From positions 187-64,186 of the forward strand of contig SVHZ01000004.1 of assembly GCA_015055525.1 (NCBI GenBank): a stretch of DNA of 64,000 nucleotides, given 5' to 3'. This document shows positions 46,841-56,904 of the stretch, in pieces (the first letter of the stretch is position 1; each line of letters opens with the position of its first letter). A program made the translations under genes and the position numbers. The DNA comes from Clostridiales bacterium. Its GTDB lineage: Bacteria; Bacillota; Clostridia; Christensenellales; Borkfalkiaceae. Below the pieces are notes generated by a model. The model searched no databases. It was not told the DNA's origin and saw only the letters and a program-made list of their open reading frames with translations.

Positions 46841-48052
46841 TTACTTCCTTTTATTTAAGTGAGAAAATCTCTTTTCTTGTTTTTCTTTTTTTTCTTTTTC
46901 AATGTTTTTAATAAATTTTACTTCAACGATTTTGTTAATAATAATAGTTGAAAGCGTACTGAAAACCGTGCTCACTATAAGATAAAGTGAGAACGATGCG
47001 GTATACATAAACGAGAATACACCAAACATAATCGGCATCATCCATTGCATCATTTTACTCGTTTGAGCGCCCGTTTGGTCAACTGATTGAAGTTCAAGTT
47101 GAGCCTTTTGCGACTTAGTCATAATAAGTTGAGAAATAAGCATTGATCCGATTGATAATACTACTAATATTAAATATCCGTTAGGTTGTTTTTTAACTTC
47201 GTCAAGCTTAGTTGATGCAAATAATTCATCATAAACTTTTCCGCCGTTAATAGAAGATTGAATTTCCGGTTGATCACAAGAACAGCCTTTTGAATATTTG
47301 AAAGTTGCGCTTTCATAAACGTCTCTAGAAACGAAGGCTTTTTTCCAAGGTAAATCTTCAATCCAAATGTTTTTTACCCATAAGAAACTATTAGATTCTT
47401 GTAAACTAAGATATTTGTCAGCCGCAGCGTCTCTCGCTTTTACGAGGGCGCTTTCAAGTTTTTCTTCGTCTATATAATATTCAACTTTATGTTCAACTTC
47501 AGGAAGAGTTTCAACCTCGATAGAGAAGTTGCCTTCTTCATCCATAACGTAGTACTTTTTAGTAACGTCTTCATTTTCTCTGATACTATCGCTATATTCT
47601 ACTGCCATTTGGTTGAAAACTTCGATTTTAGCGAAAGTAGAGTATTGAGTGAACGCAGAAATTACCACGATAAAGAAAACGAGCGTAAAAAGAGTTGGTA
47701 AACAAGATGCAAAGGTTGAATAACCTTCCTTCTTGTAAAGAGCCATCATTTTTTTAGAATAGAGTTCTTTATTGTTTGCGTACTGCTTTTGAAGTTTTTC
47801 AAGTTCAGGACGCATTCTCTCCATTCTCAAAGCGTTTTTCTTAGTGGCAACCCTTGAATAAATATCGAGCGGAAGGGGAAGAATTTTCAAAAGTAAAGAG
47901 AAAATAAGTATTCCTACCGCAATATATCCGCCAAACGAAAAATACTCGATAATATTAGCAACGAGTTTAGTTATTCCCGTAAGTGGAACGTTTTGTAAGT
48001 TCCCATCGTAAACAGAAACGGGAACTTGTGATAATAAAGTTAGTAAATTCAT
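46841..48052 (-). CDS. yidC: Membrane protein insertase YidC
   Basis: 403 aa with conserved insertase helices (YSTFASCLPTLFTLVFF, MQWMMPIMFGVFSF) and a basic C-terminal tail. Confidence 0.85.
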   Translation of the reverse strand: MNLLTLLSQVPVSVYDGNLQNVPLTGITKLVANIIEYFSFGGYIAVGILIFSLLLKILPLPLDIYSRVATKKNALRMERMRPELEKLQKQYANNKELYSKKMMALYKKEGYSTFASCLPTLFTLVFFIVVISAFTQYSTFAKIEVFNQMAVEYSDSIRENEDVTKKYYVMDEEGNFSIEVETLPEVEHKVEYYIDEEKLESALVKARDAAADKYLSLQESNSFLWVKNIWIEDLPWKKAFVSRDVYESATFKYSKGCSCDQPEIQSSINGGKVYDELFASTKLDEVKKQPNGYLILVVLSIGSMLISQLIMTKSQKAQLELQSVDQTGAQTSKMMQWMMPIMFGVFSFMYTASFSLYLIVSTVFSTLSTIIINKIVEVKFIKNIEKEKKEKQEKRFSHLNKRK

Positions 48053-48131
48053 AATATCCTTATAAAACCCAATTTTTTATTGGATTTAGATTTTTTTTAA
48101 TACAAAAAGTAAGGGCATTAAGCCCTTTTTT

Positions 48132-48371
48132 TCATAAAATCCATCTTTTTTGGTATTTACTATCCGGAACGGGATCATAACCACCCTTACTTAACGGATT
48201 ACAACGAAGAATTCTCCAAATTATAAGTAAAATAGCAATAAAAACGTTTCTCTTTTTTAATGCCTCTAACGCATACGCCGAACAAGTGGGCGTAAAAATA
48301 CAGTTAGATTTTAATATATGAGTAACGTATTTGCGATAAAATTTAATTATCGCCGTCAAAATCGTTTTCAT
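48132..48371 (-). CDS. yidD: Membrane protein insertion efficiency factor YidD
   Basis: 79 aa with CIFTPTCSAYALEAL and GGYDPVP. Confidence 0.85.
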   Translation of the reverse strand: MKTILTAIIKFYRKYVTHILKSNCIFTPTCSAYALEALKKRNVFIAILLIIWRILRCNPLSKGGYDPVPDSKYQKRWIL

Positions 48372-48690
48372 TACTTAATATCTTTCCTTTTTTAAGAGAA
48401 TATTCTAAATCTTTTCTAAATTCAAAAAAATCATAATTTTCTCTTATCTTTGGTAAAACAACTACGTAATATGGATTAACGCCCGTTTTAATAAGTTCGC
48501 GAACACTTGCCCTTATAAGTCTTTTAATTTTATTTCTTACAAACGCTTTGCCGTGTTTTTTAGATAAACTAATACCAAATTTGAAACTTTCCTTTCTTAT
48601 ATAAAGAAGAGTAAGCGATTTAGTAAAAATTCTCGTTCCCTTATTAAAAACGACGTCGAAATCTTTTTGTTTTTTAAGTCTATTATCCAA
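48343..48690 (-). CDS. rnpA: RNase P protein component
   Basis: 115 aa with the RNR-type motif KAFVRNKIKRLIR. It has a TTG start 11 nt after rpmH, and the start is uncertain. Confidence 0.8.
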   Translation of the reverse strand: MDNRLKKQKDFDVVFNKGTRIFTKSLTLLYIRKESFKFGISLSKKHGKAFVRNKIKRLIRASVRELIKTGVNPYYVVVLPKIRENYDFFEFRKDLEYSLKKGKILSNENDFDGDN

Positions 48691-48701
48691 AATTTTTACT
48701 T

Positions 48702-48836
48702 TTAAGCAGAAAGTTTATGTCTGCCTTTTGCTCTTCTTCTCTTCAAAACGTTTCTGCCGTTTTTAGATGCCATTCTCTTTCTGAAACCGTGAACTTTGCT
48801 TCTTTGTCTTTTTTTAGGTTGGTATGTTCTTTTCAT
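48702..48836 (-). CDS. rpmH: 50S ribosomal protein L34
   Basis: Not in the ORF track because it is under 60 aa. Manual translation gives [44 protein letters not shown], a canonical L34. Confidence 0.95.
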   Translation of the reverse strand: MKRTYQPKKRQRSKVHGFRKRMASKNGRNVLKRRRAKGRHKLSA

Positions 48837-48917
48837 AATATAAACTCCTTAAAAGTTTTTGATTTTAATATAAATGCCTATCAATTATACTTATAATTTT
48901 CCTTTTTGTCAAACTTT

Positions 48918-50018
48918 TTAACCATTTATTCTCAAAGGTACTATAAGATATAAGTAATCATTTCCAGAATAAGGCTTAATTACTACCGGATTTATCTTGT
49001 TATTGAAGTATAAATTTACAAATTCATCGTCTATTGCTTTAATACTTTCAATTATGTATTTTGAGTTGAAAGAAATAGTTAAATCTTTTCCTTCAAGGTT
49101 TATAAGAACGTTTTCGTTCATTTTACCAACTTCACTTGAAGATGAAATAGTCATATAATTTTCTTTAATATCAAGTTTAACAATCTTTTTTACGTCAGTC
49201 GTTAAAACAGACGCTCTTTCAATAGCGGTTATAAGTTGATTTTTATTAACTTTTACTAAAGAAAGGTAATCTTCTTTAATAATGTTTCTATAATCTATAT
49301 AATCGCCTTCTAAAAGCCTTGAAATTAAAACAGTTCCGTTTACTTCACACATTAAAACGTTCTTTTGAATTATGATAGTTACTACTTCTTCATCTTTTTC
49401 TAAAATTCTAACTATTTCGTTTAACGTTCTGCTATTTGCAATAAACTTGAAATTTTCACTCTTTTCAATAAGTTTTTTTCTATATAAAGCAAGCCTAAAC
49501 CCGTCGAGCGCAACTGAAGAAATTTCATCTCCTTCAATTTCAATTAAACAACCTTTAAGAAGTGGTCTAGCCTCATCTTGAGAGCAAGCAAAACTTGTTT
49601 TTAAGATAAGTTCTTTCAAATCTTTTTGTTTTAATGAAAAATATTTTTCTTTTATATCTTTATTTATCAAAGGAAACTCTTCCGCTGGTAAAGTTTGAAT
49701 AAAACCTTCACTTGAACCGTAACTTATTTTTAACTCTTTTTCAAATAAAGAAAATTCTATTTCTTCTTCGTCTTCAATCTTTTTAATAAACTCTGCAAAA
49801 GTTTTACCGGGAACAACCGTTTCACCTTCTGTAAAAGTAGACGCTATGATAGTTTTTTCAATAGAAATTTCAGTATCCGTTGCAACGAGTGTTAATTCAT
49901 CGCCTTTTATTGATAACTTAATACCTTCTAAAATAGGATTAGTAGTCTTAGAAGATACTGCTTTAACAACTTTTGCAACCGCTTCAGATAATTGAGTTCC
50001 GTTCACAACGAATTTCAT
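48918..50018 (-). CDS. dnaN: DNA polymerase III beta sliding clamp
   Basis: 366 aa with three-domain clamp sequence features (NPILEGIKL, ARPLLKGC, PVVIKP). Confidence 0.9.
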   Translation of the reverse strand: MKFVVNGTQLSEAVAKVVKAVSSKTTNPILEGIKLSIKGDELTLVATDTEISIEKTIIASTFTEGETVVPGKTFAEFIKKIEDEEEIEFSLFEKELKISYGSSEGFIQTLPAEEFPLINKDIKEKYFSLKQKDLKELILKTSFACSQDEARPLLKGCLIEIEGDEISSVALDGFRLALYRKKLIEKSENFKFIANSRTLNEIVRILEKDEEVVTIIIQKNVLMCEVNGTVLISRLLEGDYIDYRNIIKEDYLSLVKVNKNQLITAIERASVLTTDVKKIVKLDIKENYMTISSSSEVGKMNENVLINLEGKDLTISFNSKYIIESIKAIDDEFVNLYFNNKINPVVIKPYSGNDYLYLIVPLRING

Positions 50019-50369
50019 ATAGATAACTCCTTTTATTTTAGATATAAAATAATAGTAATAATAGATAACGTTAAAATGTTTATAAAAAATTAAAATTCGT
50101 TAAAAATAACCATTTTATAAGAAAAAATAGAAAAAATAACGAAGTTGATAAAAAGTTAATAAAAAAATAAACCATTAATAAAGTTAAATTTTATAAACGC
50201 CGAATACTATAATATTAACATATATATTATATATAATAAATACTAAAAAATCAATAAATTTTGAAAAGTAAAAAGAAAATTTTGAAATATAAACAAATAT
50301 ATTAACATTGTTGATAAAAAGACGTTAATAAAAATTGAAAAGTTAAAAAAAATGTGATATAATCTCACT

Positions 50370-51053
50370 ATGTTTGAGATTTTGAAGATAAAAAACTTAA
50401 TAGAGAGCGAAGAACAAGAGAAAAAACTCTATGAGTTTTTAACTTTACTTAAAGAGTGGAATCAAAAATTTAATCTCACTTCTATAAAAGAAGATAAAGA
50501 AATTGAGATAAAACATTTTGAAGACTGTTTAGTGGGTGCAAAGTTTTTTCCTTATAATAAAAAAGTTGTTGAAATAGGTAGCGGTGGTGGGTTTCCATCA
50601 ATTCCCGTTATGATAGTTAGAAACGATTTATCTTTTACTTTGGTTGAATCTGTTGGTAAAAAGTGTGAGTTTTTAAGGAACGTTATAAAAACTCTTAACT
50701 TAAACGCCGTGGTAATAAACAAAAGAGCGGAAGATTTAGGAAAAGATAGCAAGTTTAGAGAGAGTTTTGACGTTGTTACTGCAAGGGCGGTTGCAAACCT
50801 TAACACTTTATCAGAGTATACCCTTCCTTTAATAAAAAAAGGCGGTATTTTCATCGCTTATAAGAGCCAAAACAACGAAATAATATCTGCTAAAAAAGCA
50901 ATTAAAATTCTCGGCGGAAAAGAGCGAGAAACTTTTAACTATTCTCTTTCAGAAAACGCTGGAGAAAGATGTTTATATATTATTGAAAAAGTTGAAAACA
51001 CACCCCCTTTATATCCGCGCGGAAACGGTAAGGAAAGGAGTAAGCCTTTATGA
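50370..51053 (+). CDS. rsmG: 16S rRNA (guanine527-N7)-methyltransferase
   Basis: 227 aa with the SAM motif EIGSGGGFPSIP. A TTGAAA-17-TATAAT promoter lies at 50334-50362. Confidence 0.9.
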   Translation: MFEILKIKNLIESEEQEKKLYEFLTLLKEWNQKFNLTSIKEDKEIEIKHFEDCLVGAKFFPYNKKVVEIGSGGGFPSIPVMIVRNDLSFTLVESVGKKCEFLRNVIKTLNLNAVVINKRAEDLGKDSKFRESFDVVTARAVANLNTLSEYTLPLIKKGGIFIAYKSQNNEIISAKKAIKILGGKERETFNYSLSENAGERCLYIIEKVENTPPLYPRGNGKERSKPL

Positions 51054-51511
51054 CGGATTTTGACTTGCAAACAACTTGTTGTTTTACCGGTCATAGAGTA
51101 TTAAAAAAAGATTTTGACGATGAAAGTTTATCTATTATTATAGATAAACTTATTAAAAACGGATACAAAACTTTTTTGGTTGGTATGGCGATAGGTTTTG
51201 ACTTAAAAGTTTTTGAAATACTTCAAACAAAAAAGAAATATAATATAGACGTTATTGCTTGCGTTCCCTGTAAAGATCAAGATAAATTTTACAATGCAAA
51301 ACAAAAAGAGCAGTATTTAGACGCTATCAAAAATGCAGATAAAGTTATATATTTAAGCGAAGAATACTTTGACGGTTGCATGCAACAAAGAAACAGATAT
51401 ATGGTAGATAATTCTTCTATTTTAGTTGCTTATATGTACGCTAAAATTGGTGGAACTATATATACCGTAAACTATGCAAAAAGACAAGAGAAAAATATAA
51501 TTTATGTTTGA
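51050..51511 (+). CDS. SLOG-superfamily DUF1273 (YpsA-like) protein
   Basis: 153 aa with CCFTGHR near the N-terminus and an overall YpsA-like layout. Confidence 0.6.
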   Translation: MTDFDLQTTCCFTGHRVLKKDFDDESLSIIIDKLIKNGYKTFLVGMAIGFDLKVFEILQTKKKYNIDVIACVPCKDQDKFYNAKQKEQYLDAIKNADKVIYLSEEYFDGCMQQRNRYMVDNSSILVAYMYAKIGGTIYTVNYAKRQEKNIIYV

Positions 51512-52040
51512 AAAATTAGCCCTTATTTCAAGTTTTATAGCGATGGCGCTCGTTGCCACGTCATATTTTGTTAAAAAGAAAGAACTATATCTTGCTTTTC
51601 AGTTTTTAGGAATAATTTTCCTTATTTTATCGCAATTTTTCTCGTTTGAGTATTTTGCTGCGGTAGGTCTTACGATAGCTCTAATTAGAACTTTTACTTT
51701 TTATATTTATGAAAAAAACAATAAAACTGCTTCTATAATATGGCCGATTATTTTTGCAAGCGCGTCTATAATAAGTTATTTAATTATAAACTTATGGATA
51801 TTAAAAACTCTAAAACCGGTTGACTTTTTATGTTTAGTTTCGTTGATACTTTACGCGTTTATATTTAGAATAAGGAACTTAAAAATAGTAAGATATTCAA
51901 TGATTATTCCAACGAGTATGAGTATTATATATTATATATTGATAAGCGCTCCAATCTTTACGATTTTCTCATATTCGTTCGAACTTATAGCAGACGTAGT
52001 TTCAATATTTAAGTATCATCTTCCAAGAAGAAAAATATAA
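51504..52040 (+). CDS. Small polytopic membrane protein (YgjV-like?)
   Basis: 178 aa with 5-6 hydrophobic helices. It overlaps the upstream gene by 8 nt. Confidence 0.5.
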   Translation: MFEKLALISSFIAMALVATSYFVKKKELYLAFQFLGIIFLILSQFFSFEYFAAVGLTIALIRTFTFYIYEKNNKTASIIWPIIFASASIISYLIINLWILKTLKPVDFLCLVSLILYAFIFRIRNLKIVRYSMIIPTSMSIIYYILISAPIFTIFSYSFELIADVVSIFKYHLPRRKI

Positions 52041-52043
52041 AAC

Positions 52044-52068
52044 AAAAACGCCCTTTTTGGGCGTTTTT
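52044..52068. terminator. Bidirectional terminator
   Basis: aaaaacgccc-ttttt-gggcgttttt, between convergent genes. Confidence 0.8.
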
Positions 52069-52071
52069 ATT

Positions 52072-53505
52072 TTACTTTAATAATTCGATTGCTGATTTTA
52101 CTCTACTAATACTTTCTTCTTTACCTAAAATTTCTAAAACTTCGGTTGCGCCACCCGGGGTAACTTCAAGACCGGTAAGAGCAATTCTTAAAACGTAGAA
52201 GAGTTGGCGAGATTTAATCTCTAAACTTTCCGCCGTTTGAGAAAGGGTTGCAAAAAGCGTGTCGTTATCAAAAGAAGAAATATTTTCTAATGTTTTCAAA
52301 ACAACGGGTAAAACCTTTTCAGCAAGAAGATAATCGGTTTTTTGTTTCTTGTTTTCATATAAAGCCTTGTCAAAATCTTCTCTCTTGATAAGGAAAGCGA
52401 TTTTTTCAGGAATTTCCGATAAAATTTCAATTCTTGACTTTATAAGTTTAGCAATTTTTTCAACGTTTAACGAGCCTATATCACACTTTTCAAAGAAGGG
52501 TTTTGCCCTTTTTATAAACTCTTCGTCGCTCATTGCTTTTAAGTATTCGCCGTTGAGCCATTTAAGTTTAACGTCGTCAAAAATAGACGGAGATTTTGAA
52601 ATTCCAGTAAGATCGAAAAGTTCAATCATTTCAGGAACGGCCATTTTTTCAGCGTTGTTTTTCGGGCACCAGCCGAGAAGGGCAACGTAGTTAATAATCG
52701 CTTCTTCAACGTAACCTTTCGAAATAAAGTCGTCAAAGTTAGCGTCGCCGTAGCGCTTAGAAAGTTTGCGCGTAGCGTCTTTCATAATAGTTGGAAGGTG
52801 AATATAAACGGGGCGTTCCCAACCGAACGCATCGTACATAAGATTGTATTTCGGTGTTGAAGAAAGATATTCCGTACCCCTTATAACGTGAGAAATCTCC
52901 ATCAAATGGTCGTCGACAACGTTTGCAAAGTTGTAAGTAGGCATACCGTCTGACTTTATTAAAATATTGTCTTCAAGATCAGAATAATCAACTTCGATAG
53001 TGCCGTAAATTAAATCTTCGTAACTGCTCTTTCCTTCAAGGGGAATATTTTGGCGGATAACGTAACTTTCGCCGTTTGCTATTCTTCTTTCCGCCTCTTC
53101 CTTAGAAATTTTTAAGCAATGTTTATCGTATTTGCGGTTGCCGTTTTCATCGGTTAAACTTTCAAGCCTTTCTTTAGAGCAGAAACAATAATACGCTCCG
53201 CCAAGGTCGATAAGTTTTTTAGCGTAACCAAGATATAAGTTTTTTCTTTCGCTTTGAACGTACGGGCCGTAATTACCGCCAACGTCAGGACCTTCGTCGT
53301 ATTTAAGACCGGAAGATAAAAGCGAAGAATAAATAACTTCGAGCGCTCCTTCAACGAATCTTTCCCTATCGGTGTCTTCAATTCTTAAAATAAAATCACC
53401 GTCGTTGTGCTTAGCAAACAAATAAGCGTATAACGCCGTTCTCAATCCGCCAAGGTGCATAAACCCCGTGGGGCTAGGCGCAAATCTCGTTCTAACTTTT
53501 TTCAT
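52072..53505 (-). CDS. gltX: Glutamate--tRNA ligase
   Basis: 477 aa with the HIGH-type motif PSPTGFMHLGGLRTA and KLSKR. Confidence 0.95.
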   Translation of the reverse strand: MKKVRTRFAPSPTGFMHLGGLRTALYAYLFAKHNDGDFILRIEDTDRERFVEGALEVIYSSLLSSGLKYDEGPDVGGNYGPYVQSERKNLYLGYAKKLIDLGGAYYCFCSKERLESLTDENGNRKYDKHCLKISKEEAERRIANGESYVIRQNIPLEGKSSYEDLIYGTIEVDYSDLEDNILIKSDGMPTYNFANVVDDHLMEISHVIRGTEYLSSTPKYNLMYDAFGWERPVYIHLPTIMKDATRKLSKRYGDANFDDFISKGYVEEAIINYVALLGWCPKNNAEKMAVPEMIELFDLTGISKSPSIFDDVKLKWLNGEYLKAMSDEEFIKRAKPFFEKCDIGSLNVEKIAKLIKSRIEILSEIPEKIAFLIKREDFDKALYENKKQKTDYLLAEKVLPVVLKTLENISSFDNDTLFATLSQTAESLEIKSRQLFYVLRIALTGLEVTPGGATEVLEILGKEESISRVKSAIELLK

Positions 53506-53512
53506 AATACTC

Positions 53513-54225
53513 CTATAAAATTTTATCTTTTATATATTCTTTGATATTTTGTAATCTATTGTCGTAAAAATAACTATACACTTCGTCGTTACTAACGATA
53601 ACGTGGTCGAAAAGCGTTACTTTGTGAAAGTTCAAGAAAGTGAAAACGTTAGCCGTTGCCTTATCGTCGGCATCTGAAGGGTAAGGAAACTTTGCAAAGT
53701 GATTGTGCATAATTACCGCAGATTTTGGTTTATATGCAAGAACGCCTTTGGTAAACGCATCAAAATCAAGATTAACGCTATTTGCACTACCGTCGTCAAG
53801 CATAGTATAACCTAAAACTCTTCGCTTTGCGTCTAAGTAAAACATATAAAAAACTTCGTGATCTAAACCTTTGAATAAACTAGTCGCAAGTTTTTAACCG
53901 AATCAATATTGTTAAGAACAATAGTCTCTTTTTTAGAATTATCTATGAGAGAGCCCATATAGTTCACTAACGATATAAGCGTTGCCGAAGTTTCGCCAAC
54001 TCCTTCAATTCTAGATAAAAGTTCGGGGCTTGCAGATAAAACGGCTTGCAAATTACCAAACTCTTTTATTAGGCGGTGGGCGACAGGATTAGTGTCCTTA
54101 CGAGGGATGGAATAAGAAAGGAGAAGTTCTAAAAGTTCGTGTTCCTTAAACGTTTCTTTTCCCTTATTAAATTTTTCGCGCAGGCGTTTTCTATGCCCGT
54201 CGTGCAAGGAATCTTTTTCGCTCAT
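53513..54225 (-). pseudogene. radC: radC-like JAB-domain gene interrupted by a frameshift (two ORFs: 53863..54225 and 53513..53845)
   Basis: The N-terminal ORF has the RadC HhH part (HRKRLREKF...ELLELLLSYSIPRKDTNPVAHRLIKEFGNL). The C-terminal ORF has the JAMM motif HNHFAKFPYPSDAD. The C-terminal frame stays open upstream to KLATSLFKGLDHEVFYMFYLD, and the two frames meet at an A5 run (plus ttttt at 53891-53895). Confidence 0.7.
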
Positions 54226-54325
54226 CTTTAGTAACATCCGTATTTTTTTATCATTGTAACACATTTTTTGCAAAAAGTTAACCATTATTATATGTATTTT
54301 TCAAAAAATAGTATATAATAAAAGC

Positions 54326-55552
54326 ATGAAACAGTATTTTAATCAAGCGATAAACGCTCTTAGCAAGTGGATTTCAATAAAAAGCGTAAAAGATACGCCT
54401 TCTTTTAACGCCCCGTTCGGCGCGGGAGTAAAAACAATGCTCGACGCCGTTTTACAAGACGGAAAAAATTTGGGTTTTGAAGTCAAAAATTACGACGGTT
54501 TTATAGGTGAGATTATCTACGGTAACGGCGACGATAAAGACGGGCTTGCCGTTTTGTGCCACCTTGACGTTGTTCCCGAAGGCGATTTGTCAAAATGGAG
54601 CGTTCCACCGTATCAGGCGACTATAAAAGACGGTTATATTTTTGGTAGAGGCGTCGTTGATGATAAAGGCGCGCTTGCCGTTTGTTTATACGCGCTCAAA
54701 AGCCTTAAAGACGAAGGTTTTATTCCGTCTAAAAAAATCAAACTCATTTTGGGTTGTGACGAAGAGAGCGGTTGGGGTTGTATAGACCATTATAAAAAGG
54801 TTGCCGTTATGCCTGAAAAAGGCTTTTCGCCAGACGGAGATTTCCCGGTAACTTACGCTGAAAAGGGAATTTATCAGGTAAAATTTACGTTTGATATAGA
54901 CGATAAAGTTGAAGATATATTCGGCGGAGATAGAATAAACGTCGTTTGCGATAAAACCAAAGTTTTATATTGTGGAAAATCTTATGATTTCACAGGCGTT
55001 TCCGCCCACGGCTCAACGCCGGAACTTGGAGATAACGCAATAAAAAAAGCGCTTGAATTTTTAGTTCAAAACAACGCTTTTAGTAAAGAAGATTTCGATA
55101 ATTTATTTAGTGGAAAACCGTTTGAAGGGATTGAAGACGAGAGCGGAAAGTTAACCTTTTCACCAAACGTAATAAAAAAAGTTGATAACAAGGTTGAAGT
55201 TTTAGTTGACGTTAGATATCCCGTTCACTATAATCTTAACGACGTTGATAAAATTTTAGCAAAGATAGGAAGTTTTGAAGTTTTAGAGTACATGGCGCCA
55301 CTTTACGTTGCAAAGGAAGGCGAGTTTGTTAAAACGCTAAACGCCGTGTATGAAAAACATACGGGTAAAGTTGCCGTTTCTCAAACGACGGGCGGTGGAA
55401 CTTATGCAAGGGCGCTTCAACTTGGCGTAGCGTTCGGCCCCGTGTTTGAAGGGGGCGCGGTTTGCCACGTTCCCGATGAGAAAATAAAATTATCTGACCT
55501 TGAAAAATGCATGTATATTTATAAAGACGCAATTAAAGAACTTTCAAAATAA
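54326..55552 (+). CDS. M20-family dipeptidase (PepV/Sapep-like)
   Basis: 408 aa with the metal ligand motifs CHLDVVPEG, VDDKG and GCDEESG. Confidence 0.75.
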   Translation: MKQYFNQAINALSKWISIKSVKDTPSFNAPFGAGVKTMLDAVLQDGKNLGFEVKNYDGFIGEIIYGNGDDKDGLAVLCHLDVVPEGDLSKWSVPPYQATIKDGYIFGRGVVDDKGALAVCLYALKSLKDEGFIPSKKIKLILGCDEESGWGCIDHYKKVAVMPEKGFSPDGDFPVTYAEKGIYQVKFTFDIDDKVEDIFGGDRINVVCDKTKVLYCGKSYDFTGVSAHGSTPELGDNAIKKALEFLVQNNAFSKEDFDNLFSGKPFEGIEDESGKLTFSPNVIKKVDNKVEVLVDVRYPVHYNLNDVDKILAKIGSFEVLEYMAPLYVAKEGEFVKTLNAVYEKHTGKVAVSQTTGGGTYARALQLGVAFGPVFEGGAVCHVPDEKIKLSDLEKCMYIYKDAIKELSK

Positions 55553-55705
55553 AAAACTCGGCATAACCGTAATAGTCGTAGGGATTTTTTAGAAACTATA
55601 AAAGGATAGCAAAATTTTTGCTATCCTTTTCTTTTTGTCTTGCAAAACACACAATTTAACAAAGTTAAGTATAGTGTGCCACACTTTTGAGTTGTATTTT
55701 ATCGT

Positions 55706-56749
55706 TTAGTCTACAAAAGTAAACGCTTCCCACGGAATATTAACGCTCTTTTTTTCGCTTAAAATTTCGTCAATATGCAAAAGTAACGGGAAATCTTCTT
55801 TGTTTAATATTCCTTTTTTAATATTTATCTTTACTGCTCTTGCTACTCTTACTGCAACTACTAACGATTCAAGTGTAACGCCGTTTAATTGGGCTTTGGC
55901 TTGGTCGATATCTAATCCTTTACCAAGCAAAATGCCAACAAGTCTCGTTCTGCCACCATAAACGGTAACGTATAAGTCGCCAACGCCTACACAAAGGTTG
56001 TTTAACGTTAGACTATTTTGAAAATCTAATAATTTATACATTTCTTTGCTTGCTTGTCCGAAAACTGCCGCTTGTGAGTTGAAGTGCAACGTATCGTCGC
56101 CAAAATTCTTTTGGTTAAGACCAATGGTTAATGCAATACCTAAAGCATAGCCGTTTTTAAGAGCAACCGCGCTTTCTATTCCCGTTATATCGGTTGTAAT
56201 ACTTACGTGGTAATAGTTGGTTTGCATAACTTCTTTTAAGTATTGTAATATTTCAAGGTTATCTCCACAAAAAGCAACTTCCGTTTGGTCATGAGCAACT
56301 AATTCGTAACTAGTGCAAGGACCACCAATTGCATTAAGCGAAAGTTTTTTGTTTATACTTTGAAGTTTATTTTTCCACAAATCAACGTAAGTCAATAACT
56401 TTCCGTCGGGCGTATCCATAAGTCCTTTTGTAACAGTAAGAACGATTGCTTTTTCAGGAATAATAGGCAAAACTACGTCTCCAAACCATTCTACGCCAAA
56501 ACTGCTAACGCCACCGATAACAACGTTTGTGTCACGCAAAGCCTCTTGTAAATCTTCGAGTTGATAAAACTTAATACCAGCTGGAAATGGTCTATCAAAC
56601 TTTGGATGTTTGTTGGTTTTTAAGCACTCATCAATAATTTCTTTATCAAGATGTGTACCAACAAGTCTTACTTCATTACCGTTTTCTCGTGCAGGGAATG
56701 CAAGCGCTGAACCCATCATTCCCGAACCTACTATCGTAATAATTGCCAT
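55706..56749 (-). CDS. NAD(P)H-dependent glycerol-3-phosphate dehydrogenase-family protein
   Basis: 347 aa with the Rossmann motif ITIVGSGMMGSALA and GpsA-like central and C-terminal regions. It is divergent from a DeoR regulator. Confidence 0.6.
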   Translation of the reverse strand: MAIITIVGSGMMGSALAFPARENGNEVRLVGTHLDKEIIDECLKTNKHPKFDRPFPAGIKFYQLEDLQEALRDTNVVIGGVSSFGVEWFGDVVLPIIPEKAIVLTVTKGLMDTPDGKLLTYVDLWKNKLQSINKKLSLNAIGGPCTSYELVAHDQTEVAFCGDNLEILQYLKEVMQTNYYHVSITTDITGIESAVALKNGYALGIALTIGLNQKNFGDDTLHFNSQAAVFGQASKEMYKLLDFQNSLTLNNLCVGVGDLYVTVYGGRTRLVGILLGKGLDIDQAKAQLNGVTLESLVVAVRVARAVKINIKKGILNKEDFPLLLHIDEILSEKKSVNIPWEAFTFVD

Positions 56750-56904
56750 AATATACTCCTTTTAGTAAATGAAAATAATTGAAACTTATTGAAAAAGTTT
56801 GAAAATTATAATATAATTATATTATGCAAAACAACTTAAAGTCAACTGCTTTTTGAAGTGGCGTAATTATTGAAAACTTTTCAAACTTTTTCACGAGGTG
56901 TTTT

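Noticed and set aside
50019-50369. Firm oriC call with DnaA boxes
   Set aside because: There is no perfect TTATCCACA box and dnaA is absent from the window. Only 1- and 2-mismatch boxes and AT-richness are present. It is reported as a hypothesis, not as a feature.
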